Below are positions 1 through 13,060 of a DNA stretch of 64,000 nucleotides, piece by piece; position 1 is the stretch's first letter; each line of letters starts with the position of its first letter. Both the position numbers and the translations under genes were made by a program. The notes beneath the pieces are model-generated. The model did not search any database, was not told where the DNA came from, and saw only the letters and a program-made list of their open reading frames with translations. This DNA is from Utricularia gibba (taxonomy: Eukaryota > Plantae > Magnoliophyta): assembly GCA_002189035.1 (NCBI GenBank), contig NEEC01000018.1:1984001-2048000 (forward strand). Direction: 5' to 3'.

Positions 1-75
1 CATCGGATGCGGCAGGGCGGACCTCCCGCCATCTCCGCCGTCCAAAACAGCCGAAGAGTTAGACGACGCCTCCAT
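1..75 (-). CDS. Possible 5' end of a gene running off the left edge (MEASSNSSAVLDGGDGGRSALPHPM...)
   Basis: ATG at 75-73 opens a GC-rich, stop-free frame to base 1, preceded by promoter-like AT-rich DNA and AAACCCT-type motifs (~128-140). No family recognised. Confidence 0.3.
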   Translation of the reverse strand, partial: MEASSNSSAVLDGGDGGRSALPHPM

Positions 76-550
76 CAAACGGATCTTTTCCGGCACATTG
101 GATCGAGCAAACACCCAAGAGAAAGGGGGTTAGGGTTTTAGTCAAGGGGATATGGATTGAAATCAAACGACAAGAGCCCTAGGGATTCGAGTGCAGAGAG
201 TCCCACAACAGGAATTACTTGGGAAGGAAAACAAAAAAATCTAAAATTGAAAAAATTCATTTTTTAATAATAAAAAATAATTGTTATTCTGGCTTTTTCC
301 CCTTTACCCAGCCTTCTCTTCTGAAAAAGACATCATCTTCCTCCCCATGTACAGCAACCGAAGCTTTGACATGAGCTTACAGGTATCAGTTCAAGCTAAA
401 GAAGAAGCCTGTGCATCTACGGAGTTCAACAGTAAATAACAAGCAGCAAATGCCCAGATCTAATAACTGACAACATCATGCTGAATGAAATTCCAAAGCA
501 TGAAACCAGGTCACAAGTCAGAGGCTCAGCAGAGAAGATTCATCTGGCGA

Positions 551-3350
551 TCAAGTCCCAGAGCACTGGATTACGTGGTCCTTGAATTTCTGAAGCTCTT
601 CCAGGACTTCATCTTTTGGTCTGTAGAGTAGATCCGTCATGCGCCAGAGCTGCAAGGTGCCGCCCCCGCCGTAGGAATCTCCGTCGTCTGAGACGCTCAC
701 AAGAGTCCATGGATCATCAGCATTCCACTGGAAGTCCACAACCTTGTCTCTGAAACCAGGAAATCAGGATTGTTGGAGATGAAAGCAAGATCTTTCGAGG
801 GATATGTGTACCAGGAAGATGGTGGGATTATTGAGGTTGCTGATGAAGGTACCTGTGTCCAGCATGCTGGAAAAACAACCCTGCGGGAGCAATGGGAACT
901 GTAGTTCCTGTTTCTTCCTGCTGACCAACCTGCACAAACTTGTGAGTTCCCAGGCGAACCAAAATGCATACAATTTCTGCTGTAAAACTGGATGGCATTA
1001 ATACTAAACATAACTACTGGACTCGGTTACATTTTCATCAGCACATATACTTTTATTGTAGTCCCAGATATAAAAATGAAGCGAAGATTCATACCTTGTT
1101 GTAGTCCCAGATATTCAACAAGCCATCTTCAGCTGAGCTTCCAAAGACACTTTGCTTGTCAGGTGACCACTGCAAATTGGAAAAATGAGTTGGCTTGTAA
1201 CATCAAAAGGACAAGTATGAAAAAACAGATAAATGTAGCCTACCTGGACACAGAGAACGGCGGCACTGTGACCCTCAAATTTGTGCACAGGCAACCCAAC
1301 TCCATTGGACAATAAATTCCGGCGATCGAACATGTGAACTGAGCGATCTGCAGACCTGATGGATGACATTAAAAAGACAGCACATCATCAAAGGACCTGA
1401 TCCGTTCCAAAAATTTGTATTTGGGTTGCCTCTTACCCAGTCAAGATATAATTTTCATCATGGAAGCTCCAATCTACGCAGTGGAGATCAGAATTGTGGG
1501 CCTTTTCAACCTAGTATAAAAAACATAAAGGAAGAATATAATAAGCTTTCAATGCCAGAAGGGAATATGAACTAGACAAACTAGAGGGAAAAAGTTCATC
1601 TTACCCTCATTGATGGACTGGTCCCACTTCTTGCATCCCAGAGTATCAAGCAAGAATCATCACCAACACTACAAAATTGCTGAGAGCTGCAACCAAATAT
1701 GTGGTTCACGTCAAGGGACAGTCAGTATTTGAAATGAATACGGAGAGAACTGTATTCATGCACGGTCTTCAAGTACATGCGATGAAAACACCAAGAACGA
1801 ACTCATAAAAATACCTGGATGGGCAAAACTGAACGTCCTCAACAGTGTCAGTGTGCCCTTGGAACACCCCACGAGGACCAACTGTAGAATTATCAGCTGG
1901 TTTGACAATTGAACCAGTTGATTCCACTGATTGAGTAGGGTCAGCAGCCAAGGATGAAACATGGTCCTGAATGCTCCAAAGCACCACTGACTTATCCCTT
2001 CCTGAAATAAATTGCATCACAAGTTATCCATGCTGGTCTAGCGAAAGAAATGAAGTGAATAACTTCATACCTCCAGAGAGAACAAAAGGTTCTGCTGGGC
2101 ACATTGCAAGAGCATACTCTGCATTATCTTGATGTCCAGATAAAACCTAATACAAAAAATTTGTAAGACAACAGAAAGCTCATTAGAACGGTTTCACACA
2201 TATACTAAACATAAAAAAAAGGAACTCAAAACTACCAAATCTGGCCGAGAATCTTGAGCGCCAAGGAGAGCATGCCTGTTGGGCTGGGACTCAACATCCC
2301 AAATAAGAACCTAAAAAACATAAAATAAGACCTGACTCAATTCGATCGCTAGGACTAAAAGCATGCTAGGAAAGAACATAAGCAAGTTAAAACTTACTTC
2401 CGGACAGTCAGTATGCGTTGCCACTATATTTTTATTCATGGGCAATTCTCTGATCCGGTTTACCTAGAAATTCATCAGGCAGATAATATAAAGCATGGCC
2501 AAGGCAATGGAAGTAGACGGCGTACAAGCATACAAGACAGGAAAATACAAGCATATTGACATAAGGCTCATATGTTCTGTAGGGTATGATTCTGCGTGAA
2601 CAGAAGTAACTAAAAATCATCATTCTACCTCTCCTGGATGCAATATGGTCTTATACTTCTTGACATATGGTGAGCGGGCATCTTCGTTGAACTGGCAAGA
2701 AGAATTTAATGTGAACCCATCAGCTACTAGTAAACAACCTCATCCAAAAAAATACAAAGTAAAACTATATACATTTGCTATGTGGTTTTCTGCGGCAACT
2801 CGGGGCTTGACAACCTCACAGTTAGCAACAATCAACGTGTTTGGCTGGGTATGATCAGTCTGACCAAAAAGGCCAGCTCAGCATTTCGAAAAATGAGAAC
2901 TATAATGGGAAATTCCAGAAAAAAAGCAAGTATGCCTGTTCGGACAGGTAAAGTCTCTGTTTGTTCTTATATGTTCCCTTGTCAAGAACAGGACCCCAGC
3001 TGCGAAAATGAAGCTTGGCAACCGTAAATAAACTCTAATCACATCCTCCGACGAAGTAAATGCATCTGCACTAAACCCAAAACCCTAAAACAGTTGAGAA
3101 AACGGTACCGGCAAGAGAGAGAAGGCCAAACTAGGTTATGCGAGGCAAGCCAGTCGTAAAGAACCGGCACAAGCATTTTCCAGTGCGCGTAGCTCTCGTC
3201 GGCGGCAGCAGTTCTCTTGTCGCCGGCAGATCCCCTCATTTTGGAAGCCGCAGCAGCCTCCCTGTCCTTCTCCACTTTCGCCTTAGTAGATCCCTTTGGC
3301 CGGCCACGTTTCCGCGGTTGCTCTGCCTGTGGCGTCGCCGTTGCCTCCAT
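551..3350 (-). CDS. MSI4: WD40 histone-binding protein MSI4/FVE (multi-exon)
   Basis: Spliced exons give MEATATPQAEQPRKRGRPKG...HWKMLVPVLYDWLASHNLVWPSLSCR-WGP...QRLYLSEQ-TD..PNTLIVANCEVVKPRVAA...GRDKSVVLWSIQDH...FQWNADDPWTLVSVSDD...GGGTLQLWRM, which are MSI4/FVE family motifs. One intron has a GC donor (2935). Confidence 0.95.
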
Positions 3351-3458
3351 TTCGTCACACCGGGGTCCAAAACTTTAGCGCCCTTTTGTGTGGTTTTGCA
3401 AATCAACCGACTTTGGGCGGCGCCGGGTCGAACTATCCGATAGCTTCAACATTTTGTC

Positions 3459-3466
3459 TTTCCCGC
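3459..3466 (+). promoter_or_regulatory. E2F consensus site TTTCCCGC in the 379-bp divergent MSI4/HMGB promoter
   Basis: Exact TTTCCCGC between two head-to-head chromatin genes. Function is inferred. Confidence 0.4.
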
Positions 3467-3729
3467 AAAATTATTTAAATAAAAAATGAAAGACAAATTA
3501 TTGTTAGCCGCCGTGGAAAAAAGCGGCCGGTGGACCGCCTTTGAAATGAAACTGGTAGCTAGGGTTAAACTGAACCAGAAGAATATATATAGATATATAA
3601 ATTTCATTGCATTTGCGTGTATTTTGTTCTGCAAATCTTTGATTGATTCTGTGGAATCTGCACCAAAATCTAATACAAGCATTACAATCCATTTTTTTGT
3701 CGCGTAAATTTTTACTTCCCACGATTAAA

Positions 3730-5658
3730 ATGTTCCACGAGCCACCTTCTCAGGAACCCGTTTCCAAATACTCGTATTACCCCAAACCGGAAGCTGGGTA
3801 TCAAGAGATTATCCAAAACCCGGATCTTTTTTTGGAAAAGCTTCAATCTTTTCATCATTTTTATGGTACCAGATTCAGGTTTGTTTCAGGGTCTGCTCCT
3901 CTTCTTTTGATTTGACGGTTTTTTGGGGGGTTTTTTGTTCAAATTTCGCATCTTTGGCTTTTGAATGTCGGATCACAGCTGCTTTTCTTTCTGGGCTTCC
4001 TCTTGATCTCTGCTTTGTAGTGACTTTTCATGTGCAATCGTTCCTCAGCCTTTTGATTGTTGGGATTTATCTGGTTGTTTGATCGTACGGATCTGCTTGG
4101 ATTCTTTTTACATTGTACTGTGTTTTCCTCAAACTCGGGGCAGTTTTCAAATTAGGGCACAGTTTCATTTTGTATCTGCCTTCAGACATATTTGTTTTTT
4201 TTTTTTTTTTTGTGAATTGAAGTTGTGGGTTCATTGTATTTTGGTTGCTCATTTAAGAAGATCGAATCTTCGTGTAACTGCCACAGTTTTCCTTGCAGGA
4301 TTCCTGTGTTGGGAGGAAACCGTTTGGATTTACACCAGCTGTTCTTAGAAGTCACATCTCGTGGTGGAATTGAGAAGGTTTGCTCTACTGTGAAAATGAG
4401 ATTTTAGCTGCAAAATCACATTTTTTTCCATGACTTCTTTGTGAGAAAAACTGAAGAGCAAACCTGATTTTAGCTGGAATAAGATTCTTTGGGTTTCACA
4501 ATACTTCTTATTTTTTTTCTGAAATCAATAGGTGATTAACGATCGAAGATGGAAGGAAGTTACTGGAGCCTTTAATTTTCCATCGACAATCACAAGTGCT
4601 TCATTCATCTTACGGAAATATTATCTTTCGCTGCTGTATGATTTCGAGCAGGTGTACTATCTACGGAAAGAAAAACCATTCATCTCAAATGCAGGTATCT
4701 TCTTGACCATATCACATCAAGCACACATTGCTTGTTATATTTACATTTTTTTTCCTTGAAATAAAAAACCTCATAGATCAAGCCAATCGGAGCACAAATG
4801 GGCATGATATCGATGCAGAGACTTCATCAGACCAACTTGAAGGTCAGTGGTGTTTTCCTGGTGTTTGTACTCATTTTATCACATGGACAAGTATTCGGGA
4901 AAGCACCTATCATCATATGGTGTTAGTATGTCATTTTGAGTAGCAGTTGTGGCACAGATGTTTATGCTTCCTTCTGATCATTTGCATCAAGCATTCCAAA
5001 CGTACTTTAGTTTTGAAACAATGTGTGAATCTTGACATTGAATTTGCAGCAAGTCCAGACCTCAAGGATGGCAGTTTCGTGGTTGGAACAATTGATGGAA
5101 AGTTCGATTATGGGTATCTTGTTACTGTTGATTATGGAGGTGAGCAGTTGAAAGGTGTCCTATATCACACTGCCACAGAACAAAATGCTTCTCAAAGTTT
5201 GGTTGGTCCGAAGCGGCGCAAGCGAAGAAAGCACCAAATGGCCTTTAAGGACCCTGCCCATCCAAGACGAAATAGAAGTGGGTATACCTTCTTCTTTGCA
5301 GAACAATATCACACACTGAGGCCTATGTACCATGGACAAGAAAGAGCTATAAGTAAGAAAATTGGACAATTATGGAGCAGGCTGTCCGATGCTGAAAGAC
5401 AGGTAATAAATCTCTTCCTTTCACTGGGAAGCTCAGTTCTTGGTGGCTCTCAGTGTATACAGGGCATTTCTTTTTCATGTACTTCAAATTTAGTAGCCCC
5501 TATTCTTCACAGTTTTCGTCTATGGCCCCATAGCGAGTGTTGGTTCATTTTTCGGCTACTGGTCTCTTCAGGTGTATCAGGATAAAGGATTAAAAGACAA
5601 GGAGCGGTACAAGGCTGAAATGCAAGAATACAAAGCATCCCATCCTGCTCCAACTTGA
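3730..5658 (+). CDS. ARID + HMG-box protein (plant HMGB9/10/15 family)
   Basis: ARID: RIPVLGGNRLDLHQLFLEVTSRGG-EK-VINDRRWKEVTGAFNFPSTITSASFILRKYYLSLLYDFEQVY. HMG box: DPAHPRRNRSGYTFFFAEQY...ISKKIGQLWSRLSDAERQ-VYQDKGLKDKERYKAEMQEYK. Introns are GT-AG and the stop is TGA 5656-5658. Confidence 0.92.
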
Positions 5659-6046
5659 CAATAACTGTTTTTCATTTACATCTTCTGCAATGTACGCAAA
5701 TTTAAATTGACTTGTTGTCTTGTAACCGTAAGATGGCTGTAGAGCATACTGCTTTTCTAATTTGTATGGGTGGACATGAAGTATGCTTCAGCCTGTAATG
5801 GATGGTCACTGTCAAAGCTTGGGTGCTTGCACTTAATGAAAACAGGCATCGCGAAATCTGATGGAAACTTTGATATTTATTGAATGAGCTCAATGTGCCT
5901 CACTGTCAAATTGTAGCTGTGTTGAAAGTTTCAACTGTTCATTCAACAAAAATTCATAACTACAACTTCACTTTCAAAAGAAAGATCTCGCCTTGGAACC
6001 AACTACGCCTCAAGGTTCTGCTTTTCTACAGATTCGCTCATGAGAA

Positions 6047-7615
6047 CTAGGTGGGGGTAAAGCTCCCATCGTTTGGCGATGACTGAGAAACGAACTGTTT
6101 GATAATTGCTAGTAAAAGCAGCAGCTGAATGAATGCACAACATGCAAGCTTCTGCAATGTTTTCCGTGACTGGGATGTTACCTCAAGTCTACTGATTTCC
6201 TCACTATTCTTTTCCGCCTTCGTTGCCTCGGGTATAAGTGTGTTTTCAGTGTGTATAAGCTCTTTGTATGTTCTGGTATCGATTGAAAGATGACTCTCCT
6301 CTTCTTCTGAAACAGTAGCCTGAATCAAACTGAATGATCTCAGCTCATTAGCTGCTCCAGATGTAACCGTGTAGATAACTTCAGCCTCAATAATTTTCTT
6401 GAACAGGTCTTCACTTTCCACTCCTAAATCTCTGTTATTCGCCTCTACTTCTATATCCTGGGAGGAACCCTTTCCTCCATGGTGGTCTTTTCCCACATAT
6501 GTACATTCGGAGACATTGCCTGGTTCTGACTCTCCAGCATCCTTGCTGATTTCCGTTAACAAGAAAAGCTCTGCATGACATTAAAAAAAAACACTCAGGA
6601 AGCTAAAGCCGTGTGTGAAACTCCCTGCATTTGGCCATTTTTTTCTTTTGAAAACGCCTGGATTAAGTAAGAGCTATGCAAGTAGCAGAAAAGAAAATCC
6701 CTCATAATGCAATGACACTGCGACCACGCCCCATATCTAATTTATTTGCCCGGGATCACTTGATGATGCATAAATTCATCTATTATATGCAACACAGAAG
6801 CAAATATAATGAAGCAGATGCCAGACCGTACCTTTCTCTAATGCCTCTTGTACTGTCTGAAGCTCAAACATGACTTCAGCCAGTGGGTCCTGATCTTCAT
6901 GTGAAACATGATTCTCATTACTTACATTGTGAACCTCCGGAGATGCCGTGGTGACTTCATCTGCAGGCAAGATCCCTCTTTCAGCATCCATTCCATCACT
7001 AGCTTGATTCAATGTATCCAAAACTTTATCACCATTTTCTCCATCAAGATGAGACTGTATTCCATTGATTACAGAGTGCATTCCAGATGAAGAAGCTGGT
7101 GAACTTTCCTTCCCTCTATGCTTCTTCATCGTCTGAATCCGAGCCTTTCCCGAATTCTTTCCACCCAACCTCATTCTTCCCTTATCATGAGACGACCCTA
7201 CAACTAATGGAATCTCATAGTTCATCTTCAGACCACTGGTTACCGAACCTGGAGAGTTTGCATTTTGATCCTGACCATTCTCTGAAGTCAATCCAGCATC
7301 AATTGGTGACGATAAAGAAGCTTCACTCTTTCTTTGCTTCTCAGCGTAAGATGATGCCCTCTTAGTAGGAGTTGGGGCTGGATCCCGCAATTCCTCTACA
7401 CCAACTTGACCCGATCCGTTGCTGCTGGTCCCAATTTTACTTGCATCCCTAGGAATCCTTCTCCATTTCTTTAAGCCACGCCCTTTCTTAATCGATGAAG
7501 GAGAACCCAAACCTGATCCGGAATCCGGAGCCACCTTATCATCAGCTGGCTTCTGCTCACTTTCTCCATCATCTCTCAATTTCGCAGCCGGAGAACTCAC
7601 ACTTTCAAGATCCAT
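6047..7615 (-). CDS. WPP domain-interacting protein (WIP1/2-like outer nuclear membrane KASH protein), 2 exons (7615-6832, 6570-6047)
   Basis: KKGRGLKKWRRIPRD motif, coiled-coil (QEALEKE; EDLFKKIIEAEV), C-terminal TM helix (CCAFIQLLLLLAII) and a short tail ending TPT, resembling a plant KASH terminus. Confidence 0.8.
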
Positions 7616-8236
7616 TTTCAGTAAAACGGACATAACTCGTAACGTTGATAATTAAGGAACTCCTTCCAGATCAAGATCAACAAAACCCACAAAAGGACCA
7701 ATCAACAAACACAGAAATCACCACAGCTACTCATAAAATCGACACCTTTACTGAAATTCCCGCCCAGCAACATGCACCCAAGCTCGACAACTGGAGTGAC
7801 ACGAATCATCAGACCAATAAGAGTATTAGACAGGAAAAAAAAAAAACAAACGAACAGAGAAACTTAACTGGGCGGTTGATGATTGATCTGGATTGGGCCC
7901 GCCTACAAAATGGGTGGTTGGCAGAGCGCACGACATGGATGTTGCAATGAGATCCTTCTGAATTCCCACGTCGCACTTTCTCAGTTTCGCCCCTCGTTCT
8001 TAGGACAAACGCACCGTTACACAAATGAAAAAGGACCTCCATTGAAGGAGCAAGAGGACATCCCACATCGACAGCATAACACAATCTTTGTAAAAACCAA
8101 CTTTGGTTGATGAATCTGGACAGGTTTAAATGGGTATACATTATATTTTATGTATTTGGTACAAGGGTTTATCAAAATCATTAAAAAATAAAAACATGAG
8201 ATTTACTTTGTACAAAGAAAAATAAATAAATACTAA

Positions 8237-8355
8237 GGATATGTTTGATTCGTGAGATAAATAGAGATAATTAAATGGTATATTGTTATTCAATATTTGG
8301 TTAACAATAAGTAATTAAACTACTACATTTATTTTTATTTTAACCAAACATAGCT
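8237..8355. mobile_element. Degenerate Tourist/PIF-Harbinger-like MITE (~119 bp)
   Basis: Imperfect terminal inverted repeats GGATATGTTTG ... CAAACATAGCT (9/11 match), left flank TAA, right flank GAA, AT-rich interior. Confidence 0.4.
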
Positions 8356-9027
8356 GAAGGGAGTATTTTTGTAGCTTTATATATATCGATTCGTCAACTC
8401 GATTTATATTTATATTTTTTCATGATTTCACATCTTATTTTTCGAACAGATTAAAAATAATTCAAATACACATAAATCAGCTAATCACACGTACCAAATA
8501 GGTCGCAATTAAATAGAGCATACATCTTGTACCATAACATACGGGGTCAAGGGTCAATTATGTTGTATGATCCAAATGGTATTTATAATATTTTTTTAAT
8601 AAAAAATTGCTTTTTTGTGTAGTTTTGTAGACTTGTGGAATGGTCAACTGAGTAGAGTAATTAAAAAATGAGCTGCGAGAATGCCTTTATTTATTGAAAA
8701 TTTAGGGAGGGTAATGGAAGCGACTCCGAGTCGGGACAGGACACCGCGTCTGGGAAGGACATTCCCCGTATGATTCCTTTGACTTTCCCCAGGAATTCGT
8801 CTGAGCAATTTTGATTTGGGCGCCTGCAAATCTGTTCCTTTGGAGGTTTATTCGTTGATTCTGAGGCCGATTTCAATTGCGACGCCTTAGTTACGAGGTG
8901 TTTTTGCTGTAGTAAGATTGAGGGGAAGAAGGGAGAAACATAATCTTGGGAAACCTGATGGGGCATTTACGGACGTGGGTTTCTCCGATCAGGGGATGGT
9001 TTTAGGGGAATTGGGCTACTTGGAGAG

Positions 9028-12000
9028 ATGTCATCTGGCGGGGATTATGGAGATCGCGCCTTGTTGCTGCAATCGGTCGGTGATGGCGATCTGGAGCGTG
9101 GAGGGTTGCAGAGCCCGTCGAGAACTAGTAACGGGAATAAGGGTGGATTTGCATCGGATCTGTTGAAGCGTTTGGATCGTGCATCGTCCAGTTCGGGCCG
9201 CCGTTTGAGTGTTAAGTTGCGGCCGGATAGGGAGCATCACCACCCTCCTGCGACTTCTCCTTCTTCACCCTTCCATTCGGATCATGCGGGTGCCGCCAAC
9301 GGAAGCCCCAGTGAAGATTATCTTGCGGATAGTGCTCCGCCGGAGTGGGCGCTCCTACTCGTCGGATGTTTTCTTGGTGTTGCCACGGGTCTTTGCGTAG
9401 CCGCTTTTAATCGCGGGGTCAGTTTAATTCAAGGTTTTGGTTGCGCATTTTAGAATCTGCGTTGATAGGGTTCTTGATTTTGGTTTTGGATGCTAACCAG
9501 AATCCATTCTTTGGGAATGCTGTTCTTTGTTGAATTAGATCTTTAGTTATTTTCACAACTAACGTGAAATTGTCTCTTTTTCAGGTACATCTAGTTCACG
9601 AGTGGGCTTGGGCTGGTACCCCAAATGAAGGTGCAGCTTGGCTTCGGCTTCAACGTCTAGCTGATACTTGGCACCGAATACTGTTGATTCCTGTATTAGG
9701 TGGGGTTGTAGTTGGTGTATTGCATGGTCTCATCGAAATCCTGGATCAAATAAAGCAGTCAACCTCTGAAGTTCAAGGCTTGGACGTCCTTGCTGCAGTA
9801 TTTCCCACGTTGAAAGCTATCCAGGCTGCTGTAACATTGGGCACTGGCTGTTCTTTGGGACCAGAAGGTCCCAGTGTTGATATTGGTAAATCATGTGCTT
9901 ATGGATTATCAGTTACGATGGAGAACAACAGAGAGAGGAGAATTGCTCTCGTTGCTGCTGGCGCAGCTGCTGGAATTGCTTCAGGTTATTCCCACTTGTC
10001 GGCCTTGGATTCAAGCTTTTTGATTTCCTCTATTATATCATCTCGCGTGTCTGTTTTATTAACTTTCTTTACTTTCGAATTGAGCATTTTGATCACTACA
10101 TTGTTCATCGTAATAAGGGAACTTGCATGGGAAGTATATGAAACGTATTCCGATCACTTGGCCTAGGATTGGCACCTTTTGAGGAATATTTGTATCCATA
10201 AAAAGTTGCTTTCTTAGTTTTGCATGGACTAGAACATTCATATTAGTTTTGCATGTGTATCCCAGGTTTCAATGCAGCAGTTGCTGGATGCTTCTTTGCT
10301 ATTGAGACAGTTTTGAGGCCTCTTCGTGCAGAAAACTCTCCTCCATTTACAACAGCAATGATAATATTGGCCTCTGTAATCTCATCAACTGTATCAAATG
10401 CTGTGCTTGGGGAGAAACAGGCTTTTACAGTGCCCACGTATGATTTGAAATCTGCTGCTGGTATTTATACTGTTTATATTTCTGTGAATCCAAAGCATCG
10501 TCTTCACGTTTGTTTTGTTCTTTATTATTCCTGCGTCAAAACATTTTTCTGATGGTTGTAATGTTTTGCCTCAGAACTTCCTTTGTACCTTATATTGGGG
10601 ATGCTTTGTGGAGTTGTGAGCGTGGTTTTCACTCGCTTGGTAGGATGGTTTGATGCTGCATTTAAATTTTTGAGGGAAAAGTTTGAACTCCCAGATGTTG
10701 TCTGCCCTGCATTGGGGGGTTTGGGGGCCGGATTAATTGCTCTAAGGTATCCTGGAATATTATATTGGGGATTCACTAATGTCGATGAAATACTACATAC
10801 TGGAAAGACTGCGTCAGCTCCAGGAATCTGGCTCCTTGCCCAGTTGTCAGCAGCAAAAGTTGTTGCCACTGCCCTCTGCAAGGGCTCTGGCCTTGTTGGC
10901 GGTTTGTATGCACCTAGTTTGATGATTGGTGCTGCTGTCGGGGCTGTATTTGGTGGGTGTGCCGGAGAGCTTATAAACTCAGCTATTCCTGGGAATGCTG
11001 CGGTTGCAGAGCCACAGGCCTATGCGTTGGTATTGTCATTAGATCTCCATGTCTGCTATACATTCCTCTTCAATTATATGCTCTTCCATATACTGACAGT
11101 GCTGTCCTGAGTTTCAATGTAGGTGGGGATGGCTGCAACGCTGGCCTCTGTATGTTCTGTACCTTTAACTTCGGTTCTTCTTCTATTTGAGCTGACAAAG
11201 GATTACAGAATATTGCTTCCCCTCATGGTATAACATTCTCTGTATGATGATCTTCTAATTTTATGGGTTCTAGAGAAGCTACATTATCACTTGACGTTAA
11301 AAATCCTGATGTTTAATTGTGATGATTTTTGTGACTCATCTTCCGTGTTTAAATTGCAAAAATGCTCAATAGAAAAAGGTTTCAGCAGTCTTGAAGACAA
11401 GCATTGTTTGTGACTAAAGTTTTTGTTTTTATTATTTTGCGTCACTTTTTTTTATTTAAATAGTGTTCCAACTGTAGAATTTTCCAGAAAATTCAGACGC
11501 GGAAGCATTTCTAGGACATTATCACTTTGAACATGATACCATGGCTTTGTTTAAAAACAGGGGGCAGTTGGATTAGCTATATGGGTGCCCTCTGTGACGG
11601 CTCCTCCAACAGAAGCGGGTGCTATGGATGCCAAGAACACGACCCGAGGTTACTCTGTTGTTTCTCCAACTGATGACAAAACTGATGATCCACGGCTGGG
11701 TGATACCGAGCTCTCTGTTATTAGCAGCTCCAGTACCTTTCAGCCAATAGATATTGATTTCATACTAGAAAATCTCAAGGTTTGTCTTACACAATGTTTA
11801 CCACAAAACCGAGTTTTTGAGAGCATCTCAACAGCCGCTCCTTTTCCTTCTCAGGTATCAAACGCTATGTCCAGCAATTACTTGAAGGTTTACGTGTCTC
11901 AGACAGTGAGAGAAGCACTAATCTGTATGAGGGACGGTCAGCAGCGCTGTGTCCTGGTTGTGGATGCTGAGGACCATTTAGAAGGAATTTTGACGCATGG

Positions 12001-12542
12001 GGACATCAGGCGGTTTTTGTCAAGGAGGTCTGGTGATCCCTACAATAGTAACACAGGAGATGTACGGTTCTACCATAAAAGAACTCGACTTTTTTGTTGC
12101 TTCTTCTGTCCTTTTATCTTTTCCTGATGCATTGAAGCGACGGTCGGTTACTCTCGCAGGTGCGTTCATCCACAATTTCATCCATCCTGAGCCGTGGTGC
12201 AAGAAGCCATGGAGCGGAAGGTACCCTTTTGGTATGCTACGCGGACATCGATCTGGCCATGGCAAAGCAGCTAATGGAGGCCAAGGGGATCAAACAGCTA
12301 CCTGTTATCAGACGCGTTGTGGAGGGCCAAAGAGAAAGAAAGCGCACACTTTTGGCCATTCTGTACTATGACTCCATATGGGATTGTCTCAGGTACCTAA
12401 CTACCTCACTCAGTGCACAAGGAATGCACAGAACTCCATCCGTGTTCATGCTCCATTTTCTTGCCTCTTCAGAAACGAACTCAGTCGCCGGAATGCGGAC
12501 AGAGATGAGAAAGAAGAGGATGCCGTGGTTGGCTATCAATGA
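9028..12542 (+). CDS. CLC-F: Chloride channel CLC-f (with C-terminal CBS domains)
   Basis: PPEWALLLVGCFLGVATGLCVAAFNRG, AAVTLGTGCSLGPEGPSVDIGKS, GFNAAVAGCFFAIETVLRP, GGLYAPSLMIGAAVG and CBS-like segments. The last exon ends TGA 12540-12542. Confidence 0.95.
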
Positions 12543-12881
12543 CAGGATTCATTCGGTAACTCACTTGGCACATTTGTATCAAGAACATCTCCGGCATGCT
12601 CCTTGGATCTCCTGGATGGCCATCCCGTGTTGGTTATATACACGAAGGCAATGTTCTTATTCCGGATCATAATCCCGCATCGGTGCTGGATATTTTTTAT
12701 ACACTAATGATAGAAGTGGATAGCATGTATGATTCGATTCTCTACGAAAAAAAAGAACATTAATAATTTTTAATTACATTTTAAAATATTTAAATAAACT
12801 GAATTTATTGTTCAATTTAGGTATGAGTTGAGCCTGCTACAGAAAAAGAAGAGGTTTTTTTCTTTGAAAAGAAAAAGATAT

Positions 12882-12974
12882 TGGGCTTAAGCGGGGCTTT
12901 CAGTGAATGGGCTTTTCGATCTTGTTGGGCCACCTTCAAAGAAGGGAAAATTAGGGTTCTCGATGTCGTATAAA
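12882..12974 (+). promoter_or_regulatory. Ribosomal-protein-type promoter: three site II motifs (TGGGCY), telo-box (TTAGGGTT) and TATA box
   Basis: TGGGCT 12882 and 12908, TGGGCC 12926, TTAGGGTT 12951, TATAAA 12969, all upstream of the RPL41 ATG. Site II plus telo-box is the established plant translation-gene module. Confidence 0.65.
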
Positions 12975-13060
12975 AACGAGGTTCCTCATTTCGAAGGCTG
13001 ATTTGAGGCGCTTGCGGCGACACGCTGAGGTCGATCTGAGATTCCCGAGCAAACTCAAGC

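Noticed and set aside
7964-8070. Two USE-like motifs (TCCCACGTCG at 7964, TCCCACATCG at 8061)
   Set aside because: No convincing TATA box at Pol II or Pol III spacing, and the downstream DNA resembles no snRNA, U3, MRP, 7SL or telomerase RNA that I can recognise.
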